From assembly GCA_965199495.1 (NCBI GenBank), contig CBDASK010000003.1:2592001-2656000 (forward strand): DNA of 64,000 nt, in the 5' to 3' direction. Shown piece after piece: positions 50,241 to 59,858 of this stretch. Source of the stretch: Abditibacterium sp. (GTDB lineage: Bacteria > Armatimonadota > Abditibacteriia > Abditibacteriales > Abditibacteriaceae). The notes beneath the pieces are model-generated. The model saw only the letters and a list, made by a program, of their open reading frames with translations. It was not told where the DNA came from and did not search any database. Both the position numbers and the translations under genes were made by a program. Numbering within the stretch: the first letter of the stretch is position 1; the number at the start of each line of letters is the position of its first letter.

Positions 50241-50449
50241 AACGATATGAATTGTGGCGCAGTAGAGCCGATGGCTTACGCGAATCTTTCTTCCCCGCAG
50301 ATAATGATTCCGCGCGCAATTCGCTCGAACCCGATGCGCGCTTAATTTGGACTTGCGAAGCGAGTTCGTGGAACGAAGCGCAGCAAAAACGCACCGATTT
50401 CATGGATTGGGGACGTTACCGCACCATCGAAGAAGAGGTTGCTGAATAA
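50237..50449 (+). CDS. Small hypothetical protein (70 aa)
   Basis: ATGA overlap with the stop of the upstream nuclease gene; GAGG upstream. Confidence 0.6.
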   Translation: MKRYELWRSRADGLRESFFPADNDSARNSLEPDARLIWTCEASSWNEAQQKRTDFMDWGRYRTIEEEVAE

Positions 50450-50576
50450 ATCGGTCTTCACACCAGCGAAAGTTGGCCGATGTGGAAATCAACCGTGAGC
50501 AGATGGCCTCACATGACACTGGCGCCAGCACTGTGGACGGAGAACGTCAGCTTGTTTTCATCGCAACTTGGGTTAG

Positions 50577-50831
50577 TTACGATTCTCGGCAACCAGATAA
50601 CCAAAATTTTATGCCCTCGGCTATTTCGTCAACGTAGAACGATGCCCAACTCTGAATTGACCCATCTCGTTGGGCCAAAGCGTAAGCGTCCATTTCGTCG
50701 CGGTCGAAGCTGTGAAAAACAACGGTGCCTTGAGTCACCCGGTCGTATTGGTCGGTTTCGGGGTCGGCGATTAAAACCCATTGACCGTCGAATTGCGCCT
50801 CAATCTCTTCAATCGTCATTTCTTGTGGCAT
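50577..50831 (-). CDS. Small hypothetical protein (DUF5678-like)
   Basis: EIEAQFDGQWVLI...GTVVFHSFDRDE pattern. Confidence 0.55.
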   Translation of the reverse strand: MPQEMTIEEIEAQFDGQWVLIADPETDQYDRVTQGTVVFHSFDRDEMDAYALAQRDGSIQSWASFYVDEIAEGIKFWLSGCRES

Positions 50832-50887
50832 GATGTTTTGAGTTTACCCCGCGCGCGCTAATTATTCTAAACTGGCGTTTTCCCATT

Positions 50888-52801
50888 ATGTCCGATCAAA
50901 ATCTCGATTCTCTGCAAAAAGATAGCGAAATCTTTTATCCGTCGCAAAAGGCGTTGGATGCCGCCATCGTCACCGATTTCGACGCGTTACGCGAAGAGGC
51001 CAACGCCGATCCCGCCGCGTTTTGGGACAAGCAGGCGCGCGAACTCAAATGGTTTCGGCAGTGGAAAAAGACCGTCGAATGGCAAACCGATCCGCCCAAA
51101 GTCGAATGGTTTGTTGGCGCCGAATGTAATATCACGCTGAACGCTTTGGATCGCCACGTCGAAGGCGGCAAGCGCAACAAAGTCGCGTTTATCTGGGCCG
51201 CCGAAGAGGGCGATGCCAAAGTTAAAGAGCGCAAAATGACCTACGGCGAACTATTGCGCCGCGTCAATCAATGCGCCAACGCTTTGAAAAATATGGGCGT
51301 CCAAAAGGGTGACCGCGTTACGCTTTACATGGCGCTGACGCCCGAACTGCCGATCGCGATGCTCGCGTGCGCGCGCATCGGCGCGATTCACTGCGTGGTT
51401 TACGCCGGGTTTTCGGCGCCCGCGCTGCGACAGCGCATCGAAGATTCGGGTTCTAAAGTCGTGATTTGCACCGATTTGAGTTATCGGCGCGGCAAACGCG
51501 TGGATTTGAAGGGCATCGTGGACGAAGCCACGCGCGGTTTGAACATGGTCGAGGATATTTTAGTTTTCCGCCGTGGCCATACTCCGCTCGAACTCGTCGA
51601 GCCGCGCGAGAAAGATTGGGACGAGACGTTAGATGCGCAATCGGACAAGTGCGCCCCGGAAGTTTTGGATTCGGAAGCGCCCCTGTTTTATCTTTATACG
51701 TCGGGCACGACCGGCAAGCCCAAAGGCATCGTTCACGTTCACGGCGGCTACATGGTCGGCACCAGCTACACCCAGCGCATCGCGTTCGATATGAACGACG
51801 ATGATATATTTTTCTGCACCGCCGATCCGGGCTGGATTACCGGGCATTCTTATGTCGTTTACGGCCCGCTCATTAACGGCGGCACGGTTTTATTGGCCGA
51901 AGGCGCATTGGATTATCCCGACGCCGGGCGTTGGTGGAGTTTGATTCAAAAATACGGCGTGACGATTTTCTATTCGACGCCAACCGCGATTCGCGCCTTG
52001 ATGCGTTTCGGCGAAGAGTTTCCGGCCAAATACGATTTAAGTTCGTTGCGCGTTTTGGGCACCGTCGGCGAGCCGATTAACCCCGAAGCGTGGCTGTGGT
52101 TTCATAAAAATATCGGCAACGGTGAATGTCCAATTATTGATACGTGGTGGCAAACCGAAACCGGCCAGTTCATGCTGGGCACGGTGCCTTCTTATCCGGC
52201 CAAACCGGGCAGTCCGGGCAAACCGTTTCCCGGCATCGTCGCCGATGTCGTGGACAAACAGGGCAACTCGGTCGAAGACGGCAAAGGCGGATTTCTGGTC
52301 ATCAAAAGCGTGTGGCCCGCGATGATGCGCACGATTTCGGGCGACGTAGATCGCTATAACAACTATTGGGAATTGATTCCCGGTATGTATGCGGCGGGCG
52401 ACGTGGCCACGCGCGATGCCGATGGCTATTTCCGCGTCATGGGCCGCGCCGACGACGTGTTGAACGTGTCGGGCTACCGCATCGGCACCGCCGATGTCGA
52501 AAGCGCTTTGGTTTCGCATCCCGCCGTGGCCGAAGCCGCCGTCGTGGGCAAACCCGACGAGTTGAAGGGCGAAAGCATCAAAGCGTTCATCATTTTGCGC
52601 GAAGGACAAAGCGGCGACGATAAATTGGTCGCGGCCCTGCGCGCGCACGTTCGCGCCGAACTGTCGCCAATTGCGATGCCGTCGGAAATCGAGTTCGTCG
52701 AGAGTTTGCCCAAAACGCGTTCGGGCAAAATCATGCGCCGCGTTTTGAAAGCGAAAGAGTTGGGCGTCGAACCGGGCGATGTTTCGACGCTGGAGGATTA
52801 G
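50888..52801 (+). CDS. acs: Acetyl-CoA synthetase
   Basis: YTSGTTGKPKG, DTWWQTETG and PKTRSGKIMRR motifs. Confidence 0.96.
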   Translation: MSDQNLDSLQKDSEIFYPSQKALDAAIVTDFDALREEANADPAAFWDKQARELKWFRQWKKTVEWQTDPPKVEWFVGAECNITLNALDRHVEGGKRNKVAFIWAAEEGDAKVKERKMTYGELLRRVNQCANALKNMGVQKGDRVTLYMALTPELPIAMLACARIGAIHCVVYAGFSAPALRQRIEDSGSKVVICTDLSYRRGKRVDLKGIVDEATRGLNMVEDILVFRRGHTPLELVEPREKDWDETLDAQSDKCAPEVLDSEAPLFYLYTSGTTGKPKGIVHVHGGYMVGTSYTQRIAFDMNDDDIFFCTADPGWITGHSYVVYGPLINGGTVLLAEGALDYPDAGRWWSLIQKYGVTIFYSTPTAIRALMRFGEEFPAKYDLSSLRVLGTVGEPINPEAWLWFHKNIGNGECPIIDTWWQTETGQFMLGTVPSYPAKPGSPGKPFPGIVADVVDKQGNSVEDGKGGFLVIKSVWPAMMRTISGDVDRYNNYWELIPGMYAAGDVATRDADGYFRVMGRADDVLNVSGYRIGTADVESALVSHPAVAEAAVVGKPDELKGESIKAFIILREGQSGDDKLVAALRAHVRAELSPIAMPSEIEFVESLPKTRSGKIMRRVLKAKELGVEPGDVSTLED

Positions 52802-52812
52802 CGAGTAAGTGC

Positions 52813-52858
52813 GACAAAATTTTTGTTCTTGATTCAAAACAGGAACGAAAATTTTGTC
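52813..52858. terminator. Stem-loop after acs
   Basis: GACAAAATTTTTGTTCTTG...CAGGAACGAAAATTTTGTC. Confidence 0.55.
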
Positions 52859-52869
52859 TCTCATTAATA

Positions 52870-53385
52870 ATGAAAAATACTGCGCTCACGAAGACAACCC
52901 ATCTTTTCGAGGCTAAATATTTCTTGGTGTTGCTGACTTTTTTACTGGTTGTTGTGATGGCGGCGAATTATGAGGAATGGCGCGGTAGTTTCTTTCCGCC
53001 CGCTTATGCAACTGTTCGGGGAGAAATCGTCAAACGGGGAGTGAGACACGGCCACAAATCGGTTTATGTGCCTCACCTCAAATATCGATATGAAGTCGGT
53101 GGCAAATCTTACGAGAACGACCGAATCAGTTTTGCTCCCCAAGGTGGTAAACGAAAAGACGCGCGTTTGGCTTTGGCACATTATGCCGAACAAAGCTCTG
53201 TTCAGGTCTATTACGATCCAGATAATCCTCAATTTGCGGTTTTAAAACCCGAATCGAGATTGGCCGGTTGGCAGATTATTTCGCTCGGTGGTTTGATAGG
53301 CGCTGATATTTTTCTCCTCCTCTATATTATAGTAATGAGTTGTAAAGCATATCTCCGAAGAGAAGTGGGGCAAGGGCGCGTTTGA
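52870..53385 (+). CDS. DUF3592 membrane protein
   Basis: TM...YRYEVGGKSY...VQVYYDPDNPQFAVL...TM. Confidence 0.8.
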   Translation: MKNTALTKTTHLFEAKYFLVLLTFLLVVVMAANYEEWRGSFFPPAYATVRGEIVKRGVRHGHKSVYVPHLKYRYEVGGKSYENDRISFAPQGGKRKDARLALAHYAEQSSVQVYYDPDNPQFAVLKPESRLAGWQIISLGGLIGADIFLLLYIIVMSCKAYLRREVGQGRV

Positions 53386-53474
53386 CGAGCATCTCGAAGA
53401 TATTAATGAGTTGTAAAGCGTATCTCCGAAACCGACCAAAACATAAAAGTCGTCCTTGATCGTCTATTCAATAA

Positions 53475-54389
53475 TCACGACACCATAACGGGCGTCGCGC
53501 TTGTGCGCTGCGAATTCATCGCGTAAATCGTCGCGCCCAGAATAATCGCGCCACCGAATAAAGTGCGCGGGCCGGGAATTTCGTGGAGAATAATCGCGGC
53601 CAAAATCAGGCCGTAAATCACTTCCATGCCCGAATTGATGAGGCTCGCCAAGCGCGCCGAAACTCCGCGCATGCCGCGCAAGAACAGCAGTTGCGCGCCG
53701 CCGGTGAAAACGATGCCCAACCACGCCAACAACGTTAAATCGTGCGGCGTGACTTTGGGGCGCATTATCCAGACGGCGGGCAACAACAAGAGCGCGACGA
53801 TGCCCATCTGGTAAAACGTGATGATAAGCGGCGAATAGTGCGCGACTTGCTGGCGATTGAGTAAGGTCAAAAACGCCAGCGCCAGACCCGACGCCAAGCC
53901 CCACAAAATGCCCTGCGTTGCCGAATTATCCAAATTCCATGACGGCGTGGCTACAGCCACGCCGACCGTGACGATGATGGCGACGAGGACATTGCGCGCT
54001 TTGAGCGATTCGGCGGGGAAGAAAAGCGGCTCCAATAACGCGATGAGAACGGGCGCGGTTGAGAACGAAATCAAGCAAATCGCGACGTTCGAGACCTGAA
54101 TCGAAGTGAAAAACGCGATCCAGTGCGCGGCCAACAAAATTCCCAGTAATAAAAGCGGCCCGAAATCGCGGTGACGTTTTAATTTGACGTTGCGGCGCGA
54201 GAAAAACATCAGCAACGCGACGCCGACGAAAGCGAACGAGACGCGCCCAAACACGATGACGAGCGGCGAAAGCGAGAGCCATTTTCCAAACAATCCGGTG
54301 AAGCCGAACAGCAAAACCGCCAGATTGAGTTGCAGCAAACTTTGTTTATATGCGCCCGAAACGTGAATTTTCACGCTTCGTAGTCTCAC
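53475..54389 (-). CDS. EamA/DMT family transporter
   Basis: About 10 TM helices, LFGFTGLFGK, two EamA repeats; start uncertain. Confidence 0.88.
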   Translation of the reverse strand: MRLRSVKIHVSGAYKQSLLQLNLAVLLFGFTGLFGKWLSLSPLVIVFGRVSFAFVGVALLMFFSRRNVKLKRHRDFGPLLLLGILLAAHWIAFFTSIQVSNVAICLISFSTAPVLIALLEPLFFPAESLKARNVLVAIIVTVGVAVATPSWNLDNSATQGILWGLASGLALAFLTLLNRQQVAHYSPLIITFYQMGIVALLLLPAVWIMRPKVTPHDLTLLAWLGIVFTGGAQLLFLRGMRGVSARLASLINSGMEVIYGLILAAIILHEIPGPRTLFGGAIILGATIYAMNSQRTSATPVMVS

Positions 54390-54468
54390 CTATCCGCGCT
54401 TTTTTGCCGCTTCCTGTCAAACTGAGGCGCGCCCGCACGCGTCTCGCGTTGTCAACCCTTTTTCTCTT

Positions 54469-55515
54469 ATGCGCCATTTATCAAAACCTCTTGTCGCCTC
54501 CGCCTTACTTTTGGCGCTGTCCACGCCAATTTGGGCGCAGACGGTGCCCGGTAAAACGACGCTCACTTACTCCAAACTGGAATATCGCAATAACATGGTG
54601 CATATTGAGGGTGAGCCGGGCAAACCGGCGCGCGTCAAATCGCCGGACATCGAAGTTTCGGCCAACACCATTGACATCGATAGAAAAGGCGATTCATTTA
54701 GCGAGATACGTGCGATCAAAAACGTGGTTTTGAAAGCCGATATCAAATCCGAAAAAGCGGGCGGTGAGACCGTTCACATCGAATCGAAGTCGGACAACGC
54801 GACTTTAATCAAAGCCAGTCGCACACTAATTTTGTCCGGCAATTTGTCGGGTTTTTATCGCGTCGGTTCTGGCCCGCAAACCATGCTTTCGGGCAATAAA
54901 GCGACATTCAATTACAGCGGCGACACTCTCGACGCTTTAATCGAAAGCGGCGCGGGTTCGCAGGTCGAATTGCTCTTGCCCGCCGAATCTGGCAAGGCCG
55001 ACGCGCTCGGCCCGGTGACGCTGCGCGCCGATTCGCTGCGCATTGACCAGAAAAATAACGCGGCCTATTTCGTTGGAAACGCGCGCGCGTTTTCGACGGG
55101 CGGCGCCAACAAAATTGATGTAACGGCGCCATCGTTCACCGTGCAACGCGCCGCCGACGGCACCATCGGTTTGCTCACGACCAAAGGAAAAACCGTTACC
55201 AAACTCGACGTGCCGCCCGACGTGGCTGCTGCGGGCGCCGATGCCAAAGGCGTGGGCAAACCGACGCATTTGGAAGTGACGGCAGATCAAGCTACCATCA
55301 ATCGCGCGACTTCGACCGGCGTTTTCGATGGCCATGTCATCGGATTTTACACGCTGCAAAGTGGCAATGCGCCGGGCCAGAAGTTCAACTTCAACGGCGA
55401 AATTGCAACTGTGACTTACGATGCGCAAGCCGCCAAAACCGGCGATGGCTTGAGTGTTGTTGTTACGGGCGCGCCCGTCGAAGTCGAAGTACCAAACTTT
55501 AATTTGAGTTTTTAG
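54469..55515 (+). CDS. LptA/OstA-like beta-jellyroll LPS transport protein
   Basis: Signal peptide; beta-rich ADxxx and GN repeats; directly upstream of lptB. Confidence 0.7.
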   Translation: MRHLSKPLVASALLLALSTPIWAQTVPGKTTLTYSKLEYRNNMVHIEGEPGKPARVKSPDIEVSANTIDIDRKGDSFSEIRAIKNVVLKADIKSEKAGGETVHIESKSDNATLIKASRTLILSGNLSGFYRVGSGPQTMLSGNKATFNYSGDTLDALIESGAGSQVELLLPAESGKADALGPVTLRADSLRIDQKNNAAYFVGNARAFSTGGANKIDVTAPSFTVQRAADGTIGLLTTKGKTVTKLDVPPDVAAAGADAKGVGKPTHLEVTADQATINRATSTGVFDGHVIGFYTLQSGNAPGQKFNFNGEIATVTYDAQAAKTGDGLSVVVTGAPVEVEVPNFNLSF

Positions 55516-55519
55516 CTTC

Positions 55520-55615
55520 GTAGAGACACCGACTTGTCGTGTCTAAAAACGTCGGAGTTGTTTTATGCTCAAGCAATTTCTACCTTCATTAGACACGACA
55601 AGTCGGTGTCTCTAC
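55520..55615. repeat. GTAG-REP doublet (REPIN-like), family A, short-arm copy
   Basis: GTAGAGACACCGACTTGTCGTGTCTAA and its reverse complement. Confidence 0.88.
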
Positions 55616-55625
55616 ATATTTCCCT

Positions 55626-56381
55626 ATGACACTTCAAGGCCCACAAAACATTGTCGCCACCGATTTATTCAAGAAATACGGCGAGCGCACCGTTGTCGAA
55701 AAATTCTCGACGACCGTGGCGCGCGGCGAAATCGTCGGTTTGCTGGGGCCAAATGGCGCGGGCAAAACCACGTCGTTCTATATGATTATGGGTTTGGTCA
55801 AGCCCGATAGCGGGAGGGTGAAACTGGACGAAACCGACATCACGCGCTGGCCGATGCACCAACGCGCGCGCGCGGGCGTCGGCTATCTGGCGCAAGATGC
55901 GTCGGTATTTCGCAAACTCACCGTCGAAGAAAATCTGCTGGCGATTTTGCAACTAATGCCGCTTTCCAAAGCCGAACGTCGCGAACGCTGCGAAAAATTG
56001 TTGGAAGAATTTGAACTGACGGCGCGCCGTCACGCGGTCGGCGCGGCTCTGTCGGGCGGCGAACGGCGGCGGACGGAAATCGCGCGCGCGTTGGCGGCTG
56101 ACCCGCATTTTATTTTGTTGGACGAACCGTTTTCCGGCATTGACCCGCGTCAGGTTCAGGAAATTCAGAGCATCGTGAAGAGTTTGAAAGAGCGCGGCAT
56201 CGGCATTTTGATTACCGATCACGATGTCGAAGATACTTTGGCCGTGATTGATCGGGGCATGATTTTGCATAACGGGCGCATCGAATTTGAGGGCACGCCC
56301 GCCGAACTGCTCGCCAACCCGCGCGCGCGCGATATCTACTTTGGAGACCGCATTGGCCGTCGCGACCAAAACCAAAACTAA
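55626..56381 (+). CDS. lptB: LPS export ABC transporter ATP-binding protein
   Basis: GPNGAGKTTSFYM, LSGGERRR, LLDEPFSGIDP and ITDH motifs. Confidence 0.93.
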   Translation: MTLQGPQNIVATDLFKKYGERTVVEKFSTTVARGEIVGLLGPNGAGKTTSFYMIMGLVKPDSGRVKLDETDITRWPMHQRARAGVGYLAQDASVFRKLTVEENLLAILQLMPLSKAERRERCEKLLEEFELTARRHAVGAALSGGERRRTEIARALAADPHFILLDEPFSGIDPRQVQEIQSIVKSLKERGIGILITDHDVEDTLAVIDRGMILHNGRIEFEGTPAELLANPRARDIYFGDRIGRRDQNQN

Positions 56382-56382
56382 G

Positions 56383-57606
56383 TTGTCCCAACCAACAGCC
56401 ACGCCGCCCGAACAGAAATTTCGGCGTTCGCGCGCCAAGTTGTTGCCGCTCGCCGATGGCTTCGTCGTCGGCTCGATTGCGGGCGCGACTTTGCGTTCCA
56501 TCGGCTGGTTCGCCGGACTGTTTCTGGCGTTCGCGTTCGTGCAGGCCGCGCGCACCGTCGCAGTTTCGGACGTGCCGATGATCATCGCGCTGCAAAGTCT
56601 GGCGCTGCAACTGCCGCGCATCGTTTTGTTCACCATTCCAGCGTCGCTACTTTATGGCACCGTCGCGACGTTTAGCGAAATGTCGAGCCGGGGCGAAGTG
56701 ACCGCTTTAATGTGCGGAGGCATGAGTTTGCGCCGTATGTTGCGCTGGCCGCTCGTTTTCGCGGTCGGGCTGACGTTTTTGGCGTTCTGGCTGCAAGAAG
56801 TCGTCGTGCCCGCCTTTGAACTGCGCAAGAGCAATTTGACCGCGCAGGTCGCCGTGGCTGTTTTGCAAAACCAGAAGTTCAAGCCGTTAGTGGATTATCG
56901 CGACGACGGTTCGCTCGAACGCATCGTGCAGGCCGAAAAATTCGATATTAAAAATAAAACCGTCATCAATCCGGTGATTCAATTGTTTCGGCCCGATGGC
57001 ACCATCGAAACCGAAATTAAAGCGCAGAGCGGCGCGTGGGATCCGGTCGCAAAAGCGTGGAGCTTCACCGATGGCAGCATGCGCACTCCGCGCGAGAAAG
57101 GTTCGACGGCGACGGTGCTGAACGAATATGGCAAGTTCACCGTGCCGACCGATCAGATGCCCGCGCCCGATGGGTTTGACCAAGGCGAAAAATCGGCGCG
57201 CGACCAACTGGCCAAACAAAACTACGAAATGGTTTCGTGGCGCCAATTGTCGGCGTTTCGCGCCGAAGAGGTCGCGCGTCTGCCCGCCGTGGCTGGTAGC
57301 GAACAGAAGCAATTGAAGAAAGAGATTCGCCGCGAAACCTACGGCATCCACGATAAATTCGCGACGCCTCTGGTTGTCATCGCGATGTTGATTATCGGCG
57401 CGCCTTTGGGCGTGCGTCCGCAACGCACGGCGTCGGCGGGTTTGGCGATGGGCATTTCGCTCGTCGTGATTTTGGGTTATTACTTGTTGTGGACGTTTTG
57501 CACGCAGTGGGGCAAAGGCGGCGGTCAATGGCCAATTTTCGCGGCGTATTTGCCCGTCGGCGTGTTCGCGATGATCGGCGTAATTTTATTGGTTCGCAAA
57601 CGTTAA
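56383..57606 (+). CDS. LptF/LptG family permease
   Basis: Six-TM layout; GEVTALMCGGMS and IGAPLG; probable TTG start after the lptB stop. Confidence 0.85.
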   Translation: MSQPTATPPEQKFRRSRAKLLPLADGFVVGSIAGATLRSIGWFAGLFLAFAFVQAARTVAVSDVPMIIALQSLALQLPRIVLFTIPASLLYGTVATFSEMSSRGEVTALMCGGMSLRRMLRWPLVFAVGLTFLAFWLQEVVVPAFELRKSNLTAQVAVAVLQNQKFKPLVDYRDDGSLERIVQAEKFDIKNKTVINPVIQLFRPDGTIETEIKAQSGAWDPVAKAWSFTDGSMRTPREKGSTATVLNEYGKFTVPTDQMPAPDGFDQGEKSARDQLAKQNYEMVSWRQLSAFRAEEVARLPAVAGSEQKQLKKEIRRETYGIHDKFATPLVVIAMLIIGAPLGVRPQRTASAGLAMGISLVVILGYYLLWTFCTQWGKGGGQWPIFAAYLPVGVFAMIGVILLVRKR

Positions 57607-57683
57607 TTATCCCTGCGCGCCCGACTTATTGGCAAACGTCGCGCGTTTTGGCGCGTCTTTAATCTGGCTTTTACGCCCCTCTC

Positions 57684-59378
57684 ATGCTCACAATTTTTGT
57701 GCTTTTCGTCGGCTTAACTTTGGCCACGGCGGTCATCGCCTACTGGTCGGATAATCTGGGCAAAAAACTGGGCAAAAAACGCGTTTCGCTGTGGGGCATG
57801 AGGCCGCGCACGACGGCGACGTTTCTCACTATCGCGTCGAGCTGGCTGATTATGCTGTTCACATTGGGCGTGATGTTAGGTATTTTCCCGCCGCTACGTC
57901 ACGCGCTGTTGCGCTTCGATGAAGTCAAAGCGCAGGAACAGGGATTGCGCAAATCAACGACGAAGCTGAGCAGACAACTGATCGAATTGCAATCGCAATC
58001 ACAATTGCTCCGAGATCAGGTTTCTTCGGTAGCGGGCACGTTGGCGAATGTGCGAGGTCAGTTATCGCAATCGCGCGCGGCGGCAACACAGGCGCGCCAA
58101 GCCCGCGACGAAGCGCAGAAAGCCGCCGACGAAGCGCGCAAAAACGCGACTGCGGCGCAAAACCGTCAGCGAAAAGCGGTTGAGCGTGAACAAGCGGCGC
58201 GCGATAATTTGGGTAAAGTCATCGGTCAACTCAGTGCCACCAAACAGCAACGCGAAACGGCGCAGCAGCAACTACGCGCGGCGCAAACCGAATTAGAGAA
58301 AGCCAACGCCGACGTTCAAAGTGCCAATGCCCGCGTGAAAATCGCAACTGGCAAAGTGGCGAAAGCCCAGAATGATTTAGCGACGGCTCAGCGAAGTGAG
58401 AAAATCTCTAAATCCAATGCAGAGCGAGCCGATGCGCGTGCAATTGATGCAAATCAGAAGCGAATCGAGGCCGATGCAGGCGCTCTTGTATCTTTCGGAG
58501 AGAGAATTAAAGCCCAAGCCGAAGTCATTCAGGCAAAGAAAAAAGTAGACGAATTGGAAGAGCAAAGCAAAAAACTCATAGAAGACAATAAAACGCTGTT
58601 GACGGAAAATGACAACTTGATCGATGCTCTGCTTTTAAGCGATGTGCGCGTGCCCGTTGGAACCGTTTTGGCCGCCCAGAATTTTGCGCAGGGCACTTCG
58701 TTTTATCAGGCGAAAGACGATTTGAATGCGCTTTTTGCGCGCGCCGACGAAATCGTGAGCGGCTACAAAGACAATGATAAAAATGTTCCGCCGTTGTTGC
58801 CGGGCGCGAAATTAACGCTATCGCCTCGTTTGGTGCCCGCGCCCGACCTTGATGAGAGCGAGACGCAACAGTTCGTTTCCGTCGAGGGCGAAGAAATTTA
58901 TAACGGTCTGGCAGAAGCGATTTCGCGCAGCCAAAACCCGCTTTCGGTGCGGCTCGTCTCCGAGCGCAATCATTTGCTGGGCGACAGCACATTGTCGGTT
59001 CGCTTTGTTGTCGTGCCCATTCGCTCGGCGTTGCCCGCCAATGAATTGTTGGTGAGCGCGCGCATTGACGGCGCGGCGAACGACGCCAGAATATTCAAAA
59101 ATTTGACGGATTTGGCCGATGCCGCGCGCGATATCGCGACACAACAAGGCGTGGCGCCGCCTTTGTGGCGCGACTCGCGCAACTTCTACGCGCCCGGCTC
59201 TAATGAACAAGTCTTCGATACTTTGCGCGAAATCAAAGCGGTTAACGGCCCGGCGCGCGTGCGCATCATCACCGCGCGCCCCATCTCGACTGCCGATTTA
59301 TTGAGTGTTCGTTTTGAAGTCGAACCGTTGAGTTCGGTGACAACACAAGCCACGGCGCGCATGGCGCCTCGCAAATGA
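57684..59378 (+). CDS. DUF3084 coiled-coil membrane protein
   Basis: DNLGKKLGKKRVSLWGMRPRTTA signature and a long coiled coil. Confidence 0.85.
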   Translation: MLTIFVLFVGLTLATAVIAYWSDNLGKKLGKKRVSLWGMRPRTTATFLTIASSWLIMLFTLGVMLGIFPPLRHALLRFDEVKAQEQGLRKSTTKLSRQLIELQSQSQLLRDQVSSVAGTLANVRGQLSQSRAAATQARQARDEAQKAADEARKNATAAQNRQRKAVEREQAARDNLGKVIGQLSATKQQRETAQQQLRAAQTELEKANADVQSANARVKIATGKVAKAQNDLATAQRSEKISKSNAERADARAIDANQKRIEADAGALVSFGERIKAQAEVIQAKKKVDELEEQSKKLIEDNKTLLTENDNLIDALLLSDVRVPVGTVLAAQNFAQGTSFYQAKDDLNALFARADEIVSGYKDNDKNVPPLLPGAKLTLSPRLVPAPDLDESETQQFVSVEGEEIYNGLAEAISRSQNPLSVRLVSERNHLLGDSTLSVRFVVVPIRSALPANELLVSARIDGAANDARIFKNLTDLADAARDIATQQGVAPPLWRDSRNFYAPGSNEQVFDTLREIKAVNGPARVRIITARPISTADLLSVRFEVEPLSSVTTQATARMAPRK

Positions 59379-59767
59379 ACGTTTTAGGCATCGATCCGGG
59401 ACGCCGCAAGACCGGCGTGGCTGCACTCAACGCGCGGGGCGAAATTCTGTGGCGCGAAATCATCGCGCCCAATACGCTCCAAGCGCGTTTGCCCGATTTA
59501 ATCAATCAATGGCAAATCGAACGCATCGCACTGGGCGATTCGACGGCTTCGGACGACGCGCGCGCCCAAATCGAACGCGCGATTGTTGATTTGATAATTG
59601 AACTTCGGGTTGTAGACGAAACCGGTTCGACATTGGAAGCGCGCGCGCTTTACTGGGCCGATAATCCGCGCGCGGGTTGGCGCAAGTGGGTGCCGCTTTC
59701 GTTGCAAGAGCCGCCAACACCGATTGACGATTATGCCGCCGCCATCGTCGCGCGGCGCGGATTATGA
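59375..59767 (+). CDS. YqgF/RNase-H-like resolvase family protein
   Basis: LGIDPGRRKTG, VDETGSTLEAR and IDDYAA; ATGA overlap with the DUF3084 gene. Confidence 0.85.
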   Translation: MNVLGIDPGRRKTGVAALNARGEILWREIIAPNTLQARLPDLINQWQIERIALGDSTASDDARAQIERAIVDLIIELRVVDETGSTLEARALYWADNPRAGWRKWVPLSLQEPPTPIDDYAAAIVARRGL

Positions 59768-59858
59768 AACAGCAAAACCAGAATTGGGCCGTTTCGTAAT
59801 TTTCCCGAAACACACTGCGCCCACTCAGTCAATTAAAATAATAGAGGCTCGATTTTCT

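Noticed and set aside
53333..53430. Possible mini CRISPR array
   Set aside because: Two copies only, one inside a CDS, non-palindromic, no cas genes.
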